Below, piece after piece: positions 15,885 through 25,575 of a DNA stretch of 64,000 nucleotides; position 1 is the stretch's first letter, and each line of letters begins with the position of its first letter. The position numbers and the translations under genes were made by a program. The notes below the pieces were generated by a model, which had not been told where the DNA came from, did not search any database, and was given only the letters and a program-made list of their open reading frames with translations. Origin of the DNA: an uncultured virus (IMG/VR IMGVR_UViG_3300042298_004026) (taxonomy: Duplodnaviria > Heunggongvirae > Uroviricota > Caudoviricetes); IMG/VR virus record IMGVR_UViG_3300042298_004026; one strand, given 5' to 3'.

Positions 15885-17125
15885 TTCGAACGCCTTATGA
15901 AACTGGTGATTTCCATCTGAGATCACTAACCATATCAACAAGCGACGGTAAGGGAGCAGTCGTTGGTGTTGATCAAATTGTCACAATTGACATATACGAA
16001 GACTTAATGAAACCGACCTTATACGCTGTACTGGTTTTAATGGATACGGTCGGCTTTATTGAAAAATTGCCCATAATAGGCGAAGAAAAGATTGAGATAG
16101 AAGTTGAGACACCCGGTATAAGCTCTCCGGCAACATTTAAGTTCCGCTGTTTTAAAGTTTCAAACATACATCCACTGGACACGAGTAAGGGAGTAACATA
16201 CTTTCTCCATTGTGTCAGTGAGGAGCATTTACGGAACGGTCATGTTAAAAGAGATTTCATGACTGGCTTAGTAAGTGACATGGTTGAGCGAATAGTTACA
16301 AGAGATTTAGCCACAGAGAAACCTTTCTTTTTTGATACCACAAAAGGAATTGAAACGCTTGTGTTCCCTAATTTAAAACCTCTTGCGTCGATCGATTTCT
16401 TACGACAGAGAGCGGTCAGTGCTGAGGACCCAGTGTCTCCATATGTTTTCTTTGAGAACCAGTACGGCTTTAATTTCTCGACCCTGAGAGGCCTTTTTAA
16501 AAAGGGCTTATCAAAAGTTGAATCAGAAAATAGAGTGTTTAACTACAAACAGAATCCTATGTCGTCGCCTGAACGTCAAGCTGAGTCATTCAGAGCGATT
16601 GTTGATTATCAAAATGTTTACAGCGGTGAAACGGCTAGGAATCTTTCTAAAGGTGTCTATAAAAACGTAACTGGTATCTTTGATCTCGCAACAAAAAAAT
16701 TTGAGACACAGGAATTTATTCTTCAAGATAAGTTTGAGCTGCTAGCAGCAGACACAACAAAAACAATACCTAACACCTCCGAGTGGCTTAGTACTTTTGG
16801 ATCAGAAGTACAACGACGTTTTTTAAGTGTAAGAGATGGATCAAAGCCTCAAGTTTATTTCAATAATGTGATCGGAGCAAAAAATTCTTTCGTGTTGTTA
16901 ATGAATAGTGACATAACACGTGTAAAAGTACCAGGAGATACAGGACTGGCGGTCGGTCAAGTGGTAAAACTGGAAATGCCTGTTTTAGATGGTATGACTG
17001 GTCGTAAAAATTTCGATGAAGTAACAACTGGATCGTATTTAATCTTGCGTCTTCGACATATGTTCTCTTTAACACAGAAAAAGAAGCATTTCATTGTGTT
17101 TGATTGCGCGCAGATAGGAAGATAA
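15881..17125 (+). CDS. Baseplate hub protein (gp27-like)
   Basis: IDIYEDL...LPIIGEEKI...YVFFENQYGFNF...VPGD..L.VG...GSYLI..LRH. Lies between gp53 and gp5. Confidence 0.75.
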   Translation: MIRTPYETGDFHLRSLTISTSDGKGAVVGVDQIVTIDIYEDLMKPTLYAVLVLMDTVGFIEKLPIIGEEKIEIEVETPGISSPATFKFRCFKVSNIHPLDTSKGVTYFLHCVSEEHLRNGHVKRDFMTGLVSDMVERIVTRDLATEKPFFFDTTKGIETLVFPNLKPLASIDFLRQRAVSAEDPVSPYVFFENQYGFNFSTLRGLFKKGLSKVESENRVFNYKQNPMSSPERQAESFRAIVDYQNVYSGETARNLSKGVYKNVTGIFDLATKKFETQEFILQDKFELLAADTTKTIPNTSEWLSTFGSEVQRRFLSVRDGSKPQVYFNNVIGAKNSFVLLMNSDITRVKVPGDTGLAVGQVVKLEMPVLDGMTGRKNFDEVTTGSYLILRLRHMFSLTQKKKHFIVFDCAQIGR

Positions 17126-17908
17126 ATGACTACAAGATTTTTAGGCGAAGAGGGATTTCAGTGGTTCATAGGTGTCGTTGAGGACAGAGAAGATCCTGAG
17201 AAACGAGGACGAGTAAAGGTTCGTGTTCATGGATTGCATGATGAGAACAAGGCACGTCTACCAACGTCAGGCTTACCTTGGGCCACGGTTATATTACCGG
17301 CTATCAGTGCAAGCCTTAAACAGGTTGGTATATCCGCTACAGGTCTACAAGTAGGATCCACTGTACTTGGTTTTTTCTTGGACGGAAAAGAAGCAAATGT
17401 ACCAGTTATTTTTGGATCAATACCAGGTATAGGTGATATACCACAGCTTGCAGCCGACAAACCTTTGATAAACAAACAACCACTTGGGCCTGAGCCTGTC
17501 TCTGCTTTCGCAGCAAAACATCCCTATAACAAAGTCGTTGTAACAGAATCTGGTCACGTATTCGAAGTTGATGACACACCCAACGCACAGAGGCTACATA
17601 ATTATCACAGGTCTGGGACCTATGAGGAAGTGGATGTATCGGGCCGTCGCGTAAATAAGGTGGTGGGGGACGACTACGAGATTGTTGCTAAAAATAAAAC
17701 AATATACATTCAAGGTGATTGGAATATAGAGGTAAGGGGCAACTTCACATTAAATGTGCAAGGGAACATCGTAATTAATGGTAAGAGTATAAACCTCAAT
17801 CGAGGAACGAAAGGTGCGGCTAGATTTGGTGATGCTGTGCCTGATTCAGAAATAGACGGCACACAAGGGATTGGTGCTGGATCTTCAACAGTGTTTATAG
17901 GGAATTGA
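17126..17908 (+). CDS. gp5: Baseplate central spike (gp5-like; OB-fold plus short beta-helix, no lysozyme domain)
   Basis: WFIGVVEDREDPEKRGRVKVRVHG...LPWA...GFFLDG...PYNKV..TESGHVFEVDDTP...HRSGTYEE. Confidence 0.9.
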   Translation: MTTRFLGEEGFQWFIGVVEDREDPEKRGRVKVRVHGLHDENKARLPTSGLPWATVILPAISASLKQVGISATGLQVGSTVLGFFLDGKEANVPVIFGSIPGIGDIPQLAADKPLINKQPLGPEPVSAFAAKHPYNKVVVTESGHVFEVDDTPNAQRLHNYHRSGTYEEVDVSGRRVNKVVGDDYEIVAKNKTIYIQGDWNIEVRGNFTLNVQGNIVINGKSINLNRGTKGAARFGDAVPDSEIDGTQGIGAGSSTVFIGN

Positions 17909-17909
17909 A

Positions 17910-18338
17910 ATGGCACTGGTTACAAGAGTAAAAACATCAACACCTGTCCGCCGAAAGCAAGAACTTTATTCTGATTTTTTTACTGACCTGCTTAGTTTAG
18001 ATGTAACGCGTGATATCGCTAAGGCTATGAATGAAGACGCTGTTAAGCAGTCGATTCGTAATCTCCTACTCACAAACAGAGGCGATCGATTGTTTAATAA
18101 CACGCTAGGAAGCGACATATACTCATTACTGTTTGAGAACAGTAGCCCAGCTTTGGAGCAAACACTATCCGATTACATTAAGACAACAATAGAAAATTAT
18201 GAACCACGTGCAGAATTAATCGATGTAGTTGTAGATAGCGAGGCGGATGAACATGAAGTGTTGGTTGTCATAAATTTTCGTGTTCTAAATAAGACTGAAC
18301 CTGTTTCTCTCGAGCTAGTTTTAAATAGGATCCGATAA
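17910..18338 (+). CDS. gp25: Baseplate wedge subunit (T4 gp25-like)
   Basis: NEDAVKQSIRNLLLTNRGDRLFN..LGSDI..LLFE...IENYEPR. Confidence 0.93.
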   Translation: MALVTRVKTSTPVRRKQELYSDFFTDLLSLDVTRDIAKAMNEDAVKQSIRNLLLTNRGDRLFNNTLGSDIYSLLFENSSPALEQTLSDYIKTTIENYEPRAELIDVVVDSEADEHEVLVVINFRVLNKTEPVSLELVLNRIR

Positions 18339-20126
18339 ATGGCCAATACCAATATTGACTTGGTTGGTTTAGATTTTACAAGTCTAAAAAACAATCTAAA
18401 AACATTCTTAAAGAATAACACATCCTTCAAAGATTTGGATTATGAAGGATCTAATATCAATGTGCTGCTTGATGTGCTTGCATATAACAGCTACTTAAAT
18501 GCGTTCTATACAAACATGGTAGCAAGTGAGATGTTTTTAGATAGCGCTCAACTACGCGATAGCATTGTTTCCCATGCAAAAGAGTTAAACTATGTTCCAC
18601 GGTCCTTTGTCTCAGCAAAAGCAACAATCGATGTAACAGTGACCCCTGCAGGCAATACATCTTCCGTATTCATTCCTAAAAATACATCGTTTACATCTCG
18701 AGTTGGATCAAACACGTTTACTTTTGTCACAAACGACTCTTATGTTACAGCAGCCAACGGTGCTAGTTTTGTTCAACGACTGGATTTATATGAAGGGTCT
18801 ATCAAGACCGAGTCGTTTGTCATTAACTATTCAAACACATCGCAACGATTTGTTCTCTCTAATCCTACAATAGACACGGCTTCCTTAGAAGTTGCGGTAT
18901 ATGAGGATAACGGACAGACAACACTAGTTTATACACGTGCAGCAACTCTTTACAACCTTAATGAAACATCAAGAGTGTTCTTTATACAGGCTGCTCAAAA
19001 TCAACAATATGAAATTATTTTTGGTGATGGTGTTTTCGGTCGTAAACCGAAGGATGGTTCAACGTTTGTTGCCAAGTACAGGGCTTGTTCGGGCGAGTTA
19101 CCGAACGGTGCGCGCGTATTCGATGTAGATGGTCCAATCGATGGACATAGCAACGTTGTTGTTACAACAATCGATGAGGCTTCAGGAGGAGCGGTTGCAG
19201 AGTCCATTGAATCAATAAGATTCAATGCGCCGCGCTCATTCCAAGCGCAGAATAGAGCCGTTACTGCAACTGATTACGAGACGTTACTCAAATCACAATT
19301 CTCCGATATACAATCAATAAGCGTGTATGGTGGTGAGGACAGTGACCCGCCCCAGTATGGAAAGGTTTTTATTTCAGTCGATGTTGCTCAAGCGGAGGGT
19401 GCGCCCGAGTTGCGTAAAAAAGCATACTTTGATTTTATCAAAGATAAAACACCACTTAGTATGCAAGTGAATTTTATTGATCCTTTGTTTCTTTATGCTT
19501 CGGTTGAAACGACAGTTCAGTTCGATGTTAACATGACGACGAAGACAACGAATGATATTGAAACATTGGTCAAAGCAGCAATCAGCAACTACAACATTAC
19601 AAAATTATCTAATTTTAAGAAAACTTTATACTACTCACAATTGGTCAATGCTATTGATAAAGCTGACCCAAGTATAGTTTCAAATGATACTGTTGTAAAA
19701 ATGATCGCACGTGTTACACCACCAACGAATGTACCATACCCATTCAGTGTATCCATTAATAATCGAGTTGTTGCTGAAGAGGGAAAGAAGCTAGAGGTAG
19801 ATGAAACTCATTATGGACATGGACTAACAAGTTCCTTTTTTACATATGAAGGTAGTAGATGTTCTCTAGTCGATGATTCGCTAGGAAATGTTCATATAGC
19901 TTTGCAAGAGGGTGAAACGATTCGCATCATCAAAAAAGTGGGGACAATCGATTACACCAAAGGCCGAGTTGTTGTCGAAGAAACATTTGAAGTCAGTGCC
20001 TATGAAGGAAATTTCCTTGAGTTGATCTTTAAAACCGTTTCAAAAAATCTCGAAACAAAAAATAATGCCATTCTCAGTATTGACAATCTAGATGTTAACG
20101 TAACAGCTGTTGGTGTCAAGCAATGA
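18339..20126 (+). CDS. gp6: Baseplate wedge subunit (T4 gp6-like)
   Basis: LDFTSLKNNLK.FL...DYEGSN..VLLDVLAYN...EMFLDSAQLR...FGDGVFG...QNRAVTATDY. Confidence 0.95.
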   Translation: MANTNIDLVGLDFTSLKNNLKTFLKNNTSFKDLDYEGSNINVLLDVLAYNSYLNAFYTNMVASEMFLDSAQLRDSIVSHAKELNYVPRSFVSAKATIDVTVTPAGNTSSVFIPKNTSFTSRVGSNTFTFVTNDSYVTAANGASFVQRLDLYEGSIKTESFVINYSNTSQRFVLSNPTIDTASLEVAVYEDNGQTTLVYTRAATLYNLNETSRVFFIQAAQNQQYEIIFGDGVFGRKPKDGSTFVAKYRACSGELPNGARVFDVDGPIDGHSNVVVTTIDEASGGAVAESIESIRFNAPRSFQAQNRAVTATDYETLLKSQFSDIQSISVYGGEDSDPPQYGKVFISVDVAQAEGAPELRKKAYFDFIKDKTPLSMQVNFIDPLFLYASVETTVQFDVNMTTKTTNDIETLVKAAISNYNITKLSNFKKTLYYSQLVNAIDKADPSIVSNDTVVKMIARVTPPTNVPYPFSVSINNRVVAEEGKKLEVDETHYGHGLTSSFFTYEGSRCSLVDDSLGNVHIALQEGETIRIIKKVGTIDYTKGRVVVEETFEVSAYEGNFLELIFKTVSKNLETKNNAILSIDNLDVNVTAVGVKQ

Positions 20127-23100
20127 GACAGATCGAAGAGTTAATATTCCCACTTGTTAAAGCTCAATTTCCTGACTTCTATCAGGATGAAGGTCCTCGC
20201 TTTATTTCTTTTGTTAAGGAATACTATCGATGGATGGAGGCTGAAGGGGAAGCATTAAACGCTTCGCGTAACTTACTTGATTATCGAAATATTGATAGTA
20301 CATCAAGTGATTTCATAAAATATTTTAAGAACAAATACCTGTCCGGCGTACCTCTTTCAACGGAAGCAAACACACAGCTCGTTATTAAGCATGCTCTTGA
20401 TATCTACAAAGCCAAAGGAACAGAACGAGGTGTACAGCTTCTAATTCAGGGACTTTTCAATGAAGAATCAAGAGTTGTTTTTCCCGGTCAAGATATTTTT
20501 AAAACGTCAGACGGCGTCTGGATTAAGCCCACGTACCTCGAGCTGACGGTCAAAGAAAGAACACAAAGTTTTGTTGGTCAGGAAATTGTAGGTTCACGGA
20601 GTGGTGCTAAGGCATTTCTAGAAAGTATTGTAACCAAACGACTTGCAGGCAAGTACCAACAAGTTGCTTATCTGAGTAGTGTTAGAGGTAACTTTGAAAC
20701 CGGCGAGCTCATAACGACGACATCAAACACATCCTTTGAAAACGCGCCTACTGTAATAGGTTCAATGACTTCACTTACCGTAATCGATGGTGGTGCTAAT
20801 TTTGCTGTTGGTGATATTTTTGAGGTAACATCAACAAACGGTAAACAAGGCAAAGCACGTGTAACTGAGGTTTCAAATGAAACCGGACGTGTCACTTTCA
20901 TATATGTTGATGCATTTACAAGTGGTGGTTGGGGATATAGCATTGACCATGCAAACGTTATCGTATCGGATAAAGTCCTAACTCTCACCAACATTGTTAA
21001 CGCCAATGGGTTGATTACCGACTTCAGTCAATTTGAAACCGTCACACAACCCTTAGCTAATATTGGGTATAGTACGGCGAGAGGGAACAATTATCATTTC
21101 AATGTTGGTAACATCATAGAGAATTACAATTCTAACGGTGATGTTGTTGCTAACGCTGTTATAGCAGTCACAAGCAAAACTACAAACGCCGTTGGATGGA
21201 TTATTGTAGTGCCCAATGTTGGTAATATAGCCGCTCAAGACACAACATTTGCTGTGAGATCACAAGATCCCGATGAATCATCGTTTAATCCATCAACGAT
21301 CGGATTTGCTGAAAATACTTATACATCTGTTTATAGTAAGACATACTCTAATCTATTTACGGGTAGTTTTTCTCAAGAATTCACTTCGATATACACTTCT
21401 GATTATACTGGCGTATATGGTACGGTATACAGTTCTACTTATACACAAGGGTATTCTAGCACATACAGCAGAGTCTTCACTTCCGATTCTTACCTAGGCA
21501 ATTACTCTAAAACATTTACGAGCGAAGTATACACAGGTACCTATAGTAGGGTGTTTACAACTAGTGGAACAACAAACTTTTCCGGTTCATACCTACAATA
21601 TTTTATCGTTACAACACCATACACAGGGTCTGCTTATACAACAGCCTTTACCGGTGCATATACAGCTGTAGGCTTCACAGGCTTATACAATCTGACATAC
21701 ACAGGAAATTATACTAGAACCTTCACCAGCGAATTTCAGGGTACGCTAGTACCTGGTTTTTACACGGGTACCTACTCAGGGTCTTATGCTGGATCATATG
21801 TGGGGTACTTTACTGGTACACGTGTAACTCCGTTTGGTAATATTCCTTACAGCACAACATATATTAACTATTTTCTGGGATCGTATGTAGGTGGGTATCA
21901 AGGTGTGTATCAATCCGCGTATCAAAATCCATATAGCGGAGCAACGTTTGCTGCAAATGTAAACTCTTATAACTTACCTAATTATGTAAGCAATTTCTCA
22001 AGGGCCTATACGGGTGGCTTTATTTCATATCCTGTTTATACGGGCTTGAAATCGTTACCTTATGGTGGTGTTCCGGGTGTTACAGAAGGTTATGTTGGAG
22101 CTGGATATACCGGAGCCTATATTACATCATATTCGTCCATATACAGTGGTGCATATGGTGGTGATTCGTTCTCGAGAATTTTCACAGGACTGTATCAGCT
22201 CGGATCATTCACAGGAAACTTTACCTCAACATTTACCGGTAATTTTTCTGGTTCGTACGGAACAGCATATACAGGCACTTACAGTGATACGTTCACAAAT
22301 GATTATGTGGGTAGTTTTTCACGAACATTTCAAGGCAACTTCACAACAAGCTACACAACAAGCTACACAGGATTATACAATGTCTTTTCTGGTGCTTACA
22401 CGAGCACGTATTCGCAAGCATTTACTGCATTTACAGGTGCATACACAGGATTCACGGGTAGCTATAGTTTAGCTTTCAGTGGTAATTACAATGCTTTTTC
22501 TGGTCAATACCTTAGTTTCTCACTGTCATTTAGTGGATACAGTTCAGCTTTTAGCGGCGTATATAATAATTCATTCACCAGTGGGTATGGTGGGTATACA
22601 GGCATCTTTACAAGAACTTACACCAGCGCACAAGGAACAGCAAACGGCGTCATAGTTCAATATTTCAGCAAAGCATATACAGGGTTATATGCAGGTTCTG
22701 ATTATACAAGTGCTTTCAATGGTTACACGAGAACATTTACCGTAACACTTGCTGGTGCGTTTACAAGTTCGTATAGTGGTCAATTTACAGGCGCTTACAT
22801 AGGGTATACAGGAACGTATCTGGCTCGAACATATACGGGTAGCTATGGTGCTTACAGTGGAGCGTATCAAGACTCACTGTTCACGGGTAGTTATGGATTT
22901 TTCACAGGTGCTTTTGGATCAGCCTACACGGGTCTCTTTATAGGTAGCGGTAGCACCCGAATAAACACATTAACTGCACATGAATTCAGTAATAATGATA
23001 TTGTTCGTTACCATGTCATGCCAGGTAATACATACATTCCTGAGCTGTCAATAGGTGCTGCATATTACATAGTAAACGCTGTACCAGGTTCAACGAGCTT

Positions 23101-25567
23101 ATACTTGTCTCATACACCTGGTGGTGCCCCAATATCCCTTACCAGAGGGTCAAACGAAACAGGTCACAGGCTGATACGTACCTTGGGTACTGCTGTCATT
23201 ACGTTCTATGGGGATAGGACAGCTACAGGTAATGTTAATGGCTCAAATACATCCACGCTCGTTTACTCCTTCAATGCACAAACATCTGTGTCAAGTGCTG
23301 GCGACACAATAACAATACCGAGCCATCAGCTTGAAAACAATTACGTTATCTCTTACAGTGTCAGTGCAGGTAACACACAACTCGATGGGCTAATTAATAC
23401 CACAAAGTACTATGTTGTTAACACAACTGCATCCACTATCCAATTATCTGCTACCAGAGGTGGATCGCCTTTAGGTATATCAGCAAGCAATAGAAGCGAA
23501 AATGGGCATTTCATAACACACACAACAGGATTCGTGGGTGTTGTTGATATATCAGTCAACGGATTCGTTGCATCAGCTCAAACCTACATTCGTGGGTCGA
23601 CGAGTAACACAACAGCCTCTGTGGCGAACGTAAGTACAGGATCAGGAGCTGGTTTTAGTATCGGTCTTTTAACGGATACAGAGAGTGTCCTACTATCACC
23701 CGACTTTATTGATGGAAAAAATACAGGTAATGTGAAGTTTAGCGAAATAAAACTTAACGGTATTGGCTCTAATGTTACCGCTGGTGGATATGGAACGGCA
23801 GCTACATTTAATGGTAATACGGATATTACAGAAGGAGCAAATGGTACTGGCGTTTTGTTACCATCACGTGTTGAATTCAATGCTTTATCAGGTGTTAACA
23901 ACACGACTAATATTATTACCATTAGTTCGCCAGCTAAACACATCTTTAGTAACAACGAGCAAGTAAACTATCTTGTTACACCTGGTAACACGGCTGTTAC
24001 TGGCCTGGCAAACAACACCAATTATTATATTGTCAATGCAGTTGCAGGATCAACTACGTTACAGTTGTCGCTTACTTCTGGCGGTTCGCCAATTGACATA
24101 ACAGCCACTGCCAACGAAGTTGGGCATTCACTTACACGACAGGCCACAACTGGATCAAATAACAGTATAGCCTTGAGCACAGCTGTCAATTATTTGCCGA
24201 ACAGTGCTGTGCATTACAGTCTAAGCGCAGCGAACACATCTATCGATGGCCTTACACCTAACACCGTGTATTATATCGATCAATCAAATGCAACACATAT
24301 AACGTTGAAGGATTCACCGACAGGACTACGTATTAATATCCTTAAAGGACCAACCGAATCGGGGCACACGTTGTTTGGTCCTCTGAGAATAATTACGGGT
24401 GCAAACTCAACATACGATAATGTTGGTTCAGGCGAAGAAATATTCCGTGGTCTTGGTTTTATCAAATTCCCTGGAACAAATCTTGATACGATTCTTCTTG
24501 ACGCTCTTCGTTTTGACAGTACCACTATAGGATCTATAGCTTCGTTGGTTTCTATTAACCCAGGAGCTGATTATAATGTTGATCCGTTTGTAACCGTTGT
24601 TGATACGTTTGTTGTTGGATACGACAGTCGTGATTATGTTATGCAAATTAACAATACAGTTGGTGCATTTGTTGTTGGTGAGCAGATACAACAGTCATAT
24701 AGCAACGTAGCAACACAACTAACCGTTACAGGATTCACAGGCACAGCTGCAAACGGTGTTGGGACTTCAACGTTTGTTATAAATGAGTTTGTATATCAAA
24801 GTAATTCAACAGCAAACGTAGCAGCATCTGGATTTGTCGTTGAAGCTGCAATAAGTGCTGGCTCTGGAACATTAAAAATTAAAAATGTAACGGGCACGTT
24901 TGTAAATAATGCGCCGTCCTACCCTCTGAAGGGGTTGTCGTCAGGATCAACATCTAATGTTACACTTGTGACGCCAACAACACTTGCAACTACTGCTAGG
25001 GCACTTGTTAAATCAGCAAACTCATCGGTCCTCAAATTAAAGCGTATCAATTTAGAAAACACCTTCCTCGATGGTAATCCGATTATAGGTCGTTCATCCG
25101 GTGCAACAGCAAACGTTGTTGGTGTTGTTGAGGATGCAAACGCTGTGCCTGTTGGTTTAAATGCATCAATAGAGGCCAACGTTCAAACAGCGAATAATGT
25201 TGTGAAAAAACTTGCTGTTGCTGATTCGGGTTTTGGATATCTTGATCGTGAACCAGTTACTTTAACGATGTCTAACTCAGCGTTCAGCGTGACTGCTGTT
25301 GTTGAGCTTGGTAAACAAGGCGTTGGGCAGGGATATTATGGTTCTACAAGAGGATTTTTAAGTGATGATAAGAAACTGCAGGATGGTGAATTTTATCAGG
25401 AATACAGTTATGAAGTACAAACAAAGGTACCGTTTGATAGATATTTCGATGTCTTGAAAAGAGTTACACACGTAGCTGGAACAAAAGCATTTGGTAGAGT
25501 TATTTCTCTTTCGCTGGCAAACTTAGAAATGACCGCTATAAATACTATCGAAACCTCGAACACTTAA
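20123..25567 (+). CDS. gp7: Baseplate wedge initiator (gp7-like) with inserted tetrapeptide repeat and four small H-x-[FL] beta-modules
   Basis: N-terminal QFPDFY...FVKEYYRWME...YKAKGT and C-terminal LQDGEFYQEYSYEV...HVAGTKAFG are gp7-like. Lies between gp6 and gp8. Confidence 0.8.
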   Translation: MRQIEELIFPLVKAQFPDFYQDEGPRFISFVKEYYRWMEAEGEALNASRNLLDYRNIDSTSSDFIKYFKNKYLSGVPLSTEANTQLVIKHALDIYKAKGTERGVQLLIQGLFNEESRVVFPGQDIFKTSDGVWIKPTYLELTVKERTQSFVGQEIVGSRSGAKAFLESIVTKRLAGKYQQVAYLSSVRGNFETGELITTTSNTSFENAPTVIGSMTSLTVIDGGANFAVGDIFEVTSTNGKQGKARVTEVSNETGRVTFIYVDAFTSGGWGYSIDHANVIVSDKVLTLTNIVNANGLITDFSQFETVTQPLANIGYSTARGNNYHFNVGNIIENYNSNGDVVANAVIAVTSKTTNAVGWIIVVPNVGNIAAQDTTFAVRSQDPDESSFNPSTIGFAENTYTSVYSKTYSNLFTGSFSQEFTSIYTSDYTGVYGTVYSSTYTQGYSSTYSRVFTSDSYLGNYSKTFTSEVYTGTYSRVFTTSGTTNFSGSYLQYFIVTTPYTGSAYTTAFTGAYTAVGFTGLYNLTYTGNYTRTFTSEFQGTLVPGFYTGTYSGSYAGSYVGYFTGTRVTPFGNIPYSTTYINYFLGSYVGGYQGVYQSAYQNPYSGATFAANVNSYNLPNYVSNFSRAYTGGFISYPVYTGLKSLPYGGVPGVTEGYVGAGYTGAYITSYSSIYSGAYGGDSFSRIFTGLYQLGSFTGNFTSTFTGNFSGSYGTAYTGTYSDTFTNDYVGSFSRTFQGNFTTSYTTSYTGLYNVFSGAYTSTYSQAFTAFTGAYTGFTGSYSLAFSGNYNAFSGQYLSFSLSFSGYSSAFSGVYNNSFTSGYGGYTGIFTRTYTSAQGTANGVIVQYFSKAYTGLYAGSDYTSAFNGYTRTFTVTLAGAFTSSYSGQFTGAYIGYTGTYLARTYTGSYGAYSGAYQDSLFTGSYGFFTGAFGSAYTGLFIGSGSTRINTLTAHEFSNNDIVRYHVMPGNTYIPELSIGAAYYIVNAVPGSTSLYLSHTPGGAPISLTRGSNETGHRLIRTLGTAVITFYGDRTATGNVNGSNTSTLVYSFNAQTSVSSAGDTITIPSHQLENNYVISYSVSAGNTQLDGLINTTKYYVVNTTASTIQLSATRGGSPLGISASNRSENGHFITHTTGFVGVVDISVNGFVASAQTYIRGSTSNTTASVANVSTGSGAGFSIGLLTDTESVLLSPDFIDGKNTGNVKFSEIKLNGIGSNVTAGGYGTAATFNGNTDITEGANGTGVLLPSRVEFNALSGVNNTTNIITISSPAKHIFSNNEQVNYLVTPGNTAVTGLANNTNYYIVNAVAGSTTLQLSLTSGGSPIDITATANEVGHSLTRQATTGSNNSIALSTAVNYLPNSAVHYSLSAANTSIDGLTPNTVYYIDQSNATHITLKDSPTGLRINILKGPTESGHTLFGPLRIITGANSTYDNVGSGEEIFRGLGFIKFPGTNLDTILLDALRFDSTTIGSIASLVSINPGADYNVDPFVTVVDTFVVGYDSRDYVMQINNTVGAFVVGEQIQQSYSNVATQLTVTGFTGTAANGVGTSTFVINEFVYQSNSTANVAASGFVVEAAISAGSGTLKIKNVTGTFVNNAPSYPLKGLSSGSTSNVTLVTPTTLATTARALVKSANSSVLKLKRINLENTFLDGNPIIGRSSGATANVVGVVEDANAVPVGLNASIEANVQTANNVVKKLAVADSGFGYLDREPVTLTMSNSAFSVTAVVELGKQGVGQGYYGSTRGFLSDDKKLQDGEFYQEYSYEVQTKVPFDRYFDVLKRVTHVAGTKAFGRVISLSLANLEMTAINTIETSNT
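21320..22945 (+). repeat. About 540-aa [F/Y]-x-G-x tetrapeptide coding repeat inside gp7
   Basis: Aromatic residue at about every fourth position (YTGT YSRV FTGA...) with Thr/Ser/Gly filler. Confidence 0.9.
25537..25544 (+). promoter_or_regulatory. T4-type late promoter TATAAATA upstream of gp8
   Basis: Exact TATAAATA about 30 nt before ATG 25576. Confidence 0.7.
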
Positions 25568-25575
25568 CAGTAAAG

